A DNA stretch of 20,000 nucleotides from the IMG/VR virus record IMGVR_UViG_2795385499_000003. One strand, given 5' to 3'. The notes under the pieces were generated by a model. The model ran no database searches and was not told the origin of the DNA. It saw only the letters and a program-made list of their open reading frames with translations. Within the stretch, counting starts at the first letter, position 1; each line of letters opens with the position of its first letter. Origin of the DNA: an uncultured virus (IMG/VR IMGVR_UViG_2795385499_000003). Its lineage: Duplodnaviria; Heunggongvirae; Uroviricota; Caudoviricetes. Shown here in pieces: positions 17,995 to 20,000 of this stretch. Position numbers and translations under genes: made by a program.

Positions 17995-18102
17995 TGCAAA
18001 AAATTACGGGCAGAGGCTGTACAATGTTTACACTCTGACCTTTCACCGCGTATTATTCCCTGTGAGGAACTCCACGGACGATAACACAAGGAATGTGTCA
18101 CG

Positions 18103-18954
18103 ATGGCCGCACTACAGCTCCCCTGTACCCTATTCAAAACTCAAAAAAGGATGGACGACTACAGCGCCAGTGATATGCGCTGCGGCGACCTGAGCGAAGC
18201 ACAGTTAAAATCTCATTACGGGCTGGTGGATGTTTCAACCAGGACCAATCCTTATACCCTGACGAAAATCACCCCGTTTAATCAGCCACAGTCTATGTTT
18301 TACGGCTCCCGTGGAGAAGGGGAAAAGATCACCCGGCAGCAATGCACCAATATCCTGTTTGATGAGTTCCGCGATTTATCGCGCCTGTTCTCGATTTATG
18401 GCCCATACAAACACCTAATCGAAAAGATGATCACCCATATGCAGTACGGTAATGGCAAACCGTTCACCAGTATGCACCTGGACAGTGCTTTGAAGGATCA
18501 CATTATCCGAGATAACAATCCAGATAACAGTACTCGCCTGTTATTGAAAGAAGCATTTAGCACAGCGGTTGACTGGGAAAATAAATGCTTACAGATAAGC
18601 AAGAAAGATCAATTAAGGATTGCTATATCCCGTGGAAAACTCCCTAAATTTGACCGCTTCCAGGATAATTTCAACGGTATGGGAATCACCGTGCATGATA
18701 CCTGGGCAACGCACGTCACCATAAAATCGTTACAGGTTGATAATGACAGCTATCGGGCAGTTGTAAATTATAAAGTCCAGGATCACTTTGGCCTTGATGT
18801 TGATGATATTTCAAAATTCAAGTTCAACCAGTTCCGCTTTTTCCGCATCTGGTTTGTGCTACAGCGATATAACCAGCTTGGTTTCAAGCCATTTATGACC
18901 AATATGGAAGCAACCGTAGAAATCACAGGAGGGCGCAGTGACAGTAAAAAATAA
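18103..18954 (+). CDS. DUF3289-family protein (copy C)
   Basis: Intact 283-aa paralogue. Confidence 0.9.
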   Translation: MAALQLPCTLFKTQKRMDDYSASDMRCGDLSEAQLKSHYGLVDVSTRTNPYTLTKITPFNQPQSMFYGSRGEGEKITRQQCTNILFDEFRDLSRLFSIYGPYKHLIEKMITHMQYGNGKPFTSMHLDSALKDHIIRDNNPDNSTRLLLKEAFSTAVDWENKCLQISKKDQLRIAISRGKLPKFDRFQDNFNGMGITVHDTWATHVTIKSLQVDNDSYRAVVNYKVQDHFGLDVDDISKFKFNQFRFFRIWFVLQRYNQLGFKPFMTNMEATVEITGGRSDSKK

Positions 18955-19402
18955 AAAAATCTTGATTCTGTTTTTTCTGGCTGTTTGTGTTTTGCTGAGT
19001 TACTGGATTTGGCTGTGTTTACGTCCTGTAGAAATTGTCGCGGTTCATCAGGAAAATAACTATAGCGATGTTTTAGTTAGAAGCTTCCCACCGACAGATA
19101 AGGGGAAAATAAGCTGGTGGCTGGAAAATAAAAATATGTTGAAAGAAAAATATGGTATTCCAAAGCCTGACTCAGAGGGTTTATTCACTGTCATTTTTTG
19201 GTATTTTGGTGACGGATACAAAGAAGAAGGGAAATATGACAGGCTGTGTTTTGAAGATATGAAACCACCTAAAAACTGTATAGAAAAAAACAGAGTTTTC
19301 TCAGTTAGTGACAGTAAAAACATGGGACTTTCTTTTACTACCCATGATGAAATATATCGCATGAGGAAAAACGGGAAGATAGTAAAAGACGAATCCGATT
19401 AG
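18938..19402 (+). CDS. DUF943-family protein (copy C)
   Basis: Intact paralogue with GTG start; C-terminal part near-identical to copy A. Confidence 0.85.
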   Translation: MTVKNKKILILFFLAVCVLLSYWIWLCLRPVEIVAVHQENNYSDVLVRSFPPTDKGKISWWLENKNMLKEKYGIPKPDSEGLFTVIFWYFGDGYKEEGKYDRLCFEDMKPPKNCIEKNRVFSVSDSKNMGLSFTTHDEIYRMRKNGKIVKDESD

Positions 19403-19580
19403 TCTTTGCCGCCCTCGCGTAGAGACAGCAATAAAATCATCTCCTGCCCGGCTTGCATCAGCCCTGCATAAGTATCATAAGCTCAGGAGGCTATCTCGAC
19501 GGAGAGAAAAGCGGCAACGCCTTACCGCCTGCCTTAACCCTCTTTCAGTAAGACGATTGCGTGGATGGCGACCGTAACAG

Positions 19581-19772
19581 ATGCAACCTGAATCAAAGCC
19601 CCTTATTTATCCCTTTGAAAATCCGTCAATGACTGTTGGACTTGCGACGCTCAACGCCACGGCACCGCTATTTAAGCTAGAACTTCGCCATCTTAACGCC
19701 TGGTTAAAGAAGGGCACCCTAGCCTGTTATATGTTGATGGACGACATACGGGAGCTGTGGAACCGTGAAGGA
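19581..19772 (+). pseudogene. orfX copy C, truncated by junction with the holin remnant
   Basis: MQPESKPLIYPFENPSMTVGLATLNA...DDIRELWNREG, after which homology to copies A/B is lost. Confidence 0.65.
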
Positions 19773-20000
19773 TTCCTCGTGGAGGTCGGGCGCGGTCGGC
19801 CTGCGCTGGAAAGTTTTAATCTGCGCCAGCGTGGCTTTCCGTTAGTAACACCAGTTGATCGCGAGCGTGAAGAGCGCGACGAGGATACCGGCCAGGACGC
19901 CTGCAGCACTCCATTCATCGGGACTAAGCCGGGTCAGAAGACCGCTGGCAATTGTCCCGGCAGATGCGCCATATGCCAATTTGCTCATATCAATACTCAT
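19773..20000 (-). pseudogene. Class II holin (phage 21 S-like) pseudogene
   Basis: MSIDMSKLAYGASAGTIASGLLTRLSPDEWSAAGVLAGILVALFTLAINWCY*RKATLAQIK...; dual-Met start, AYGASAG and INWxY motifs, premature TAA at 19842-19844. Confidence 0.8.

Noticed and set aside
13098..19772. Diversity-generating retroelement or shufflon explaining the variation
   Set aside because: No reverse transcriptase or intact recombinase in the window, no evident adenine-specific pattern, and all cassettes are in direct orientation.
19581..20000. Long plus-strand ORF running off the window end
   Set aside because: Beyond about 19772 it is the antisense of the holin remnant, i.e. a chance fusion.

Overview
Enterobacterial accessory DNA (the holin remnant looks Pantoea/Erwinia-like; inference) made of two adjacent mobile regions separated by an att-like copy of the 3' end of tRNA-Arg (argU type) at 10581-10600. 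Left (1-10600): the right-hand part of a phage-satellite-like or degenerate prophage element. It has a compact operon (small RHH-like protein, hypothetical, 857-aa tape measure protein, DUF5681 protein, three small proteins sharing an R-x-x-x-LE motif, DUF6246 protein) with no other tail or capsid genes in the window. It also carries a LexA-boxed two-gene cargo (soluble plus multi-TM protein, RexAB-like architecture), DUF6173 and DUF3761-like cargo, decayed terS and DNA-binding gene remnants, an iteron-like array and integrase arm-type repeats. Right (10601-20000): an internally deleted P4-family integrase followed by four DUF3289 (YPO3983-like)/DUF943 gene pairs. Three of the pairs form repeated mosaic cassettes (tape-measure C-terminal remnant, conserved promoter with CsrA-type hairpin, DUF3289, DUF943, conserved third ORF), interleaved with phage debris and ending in a holin pseudogene. 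Family names are recognised from motifs by eye, not from database searches.
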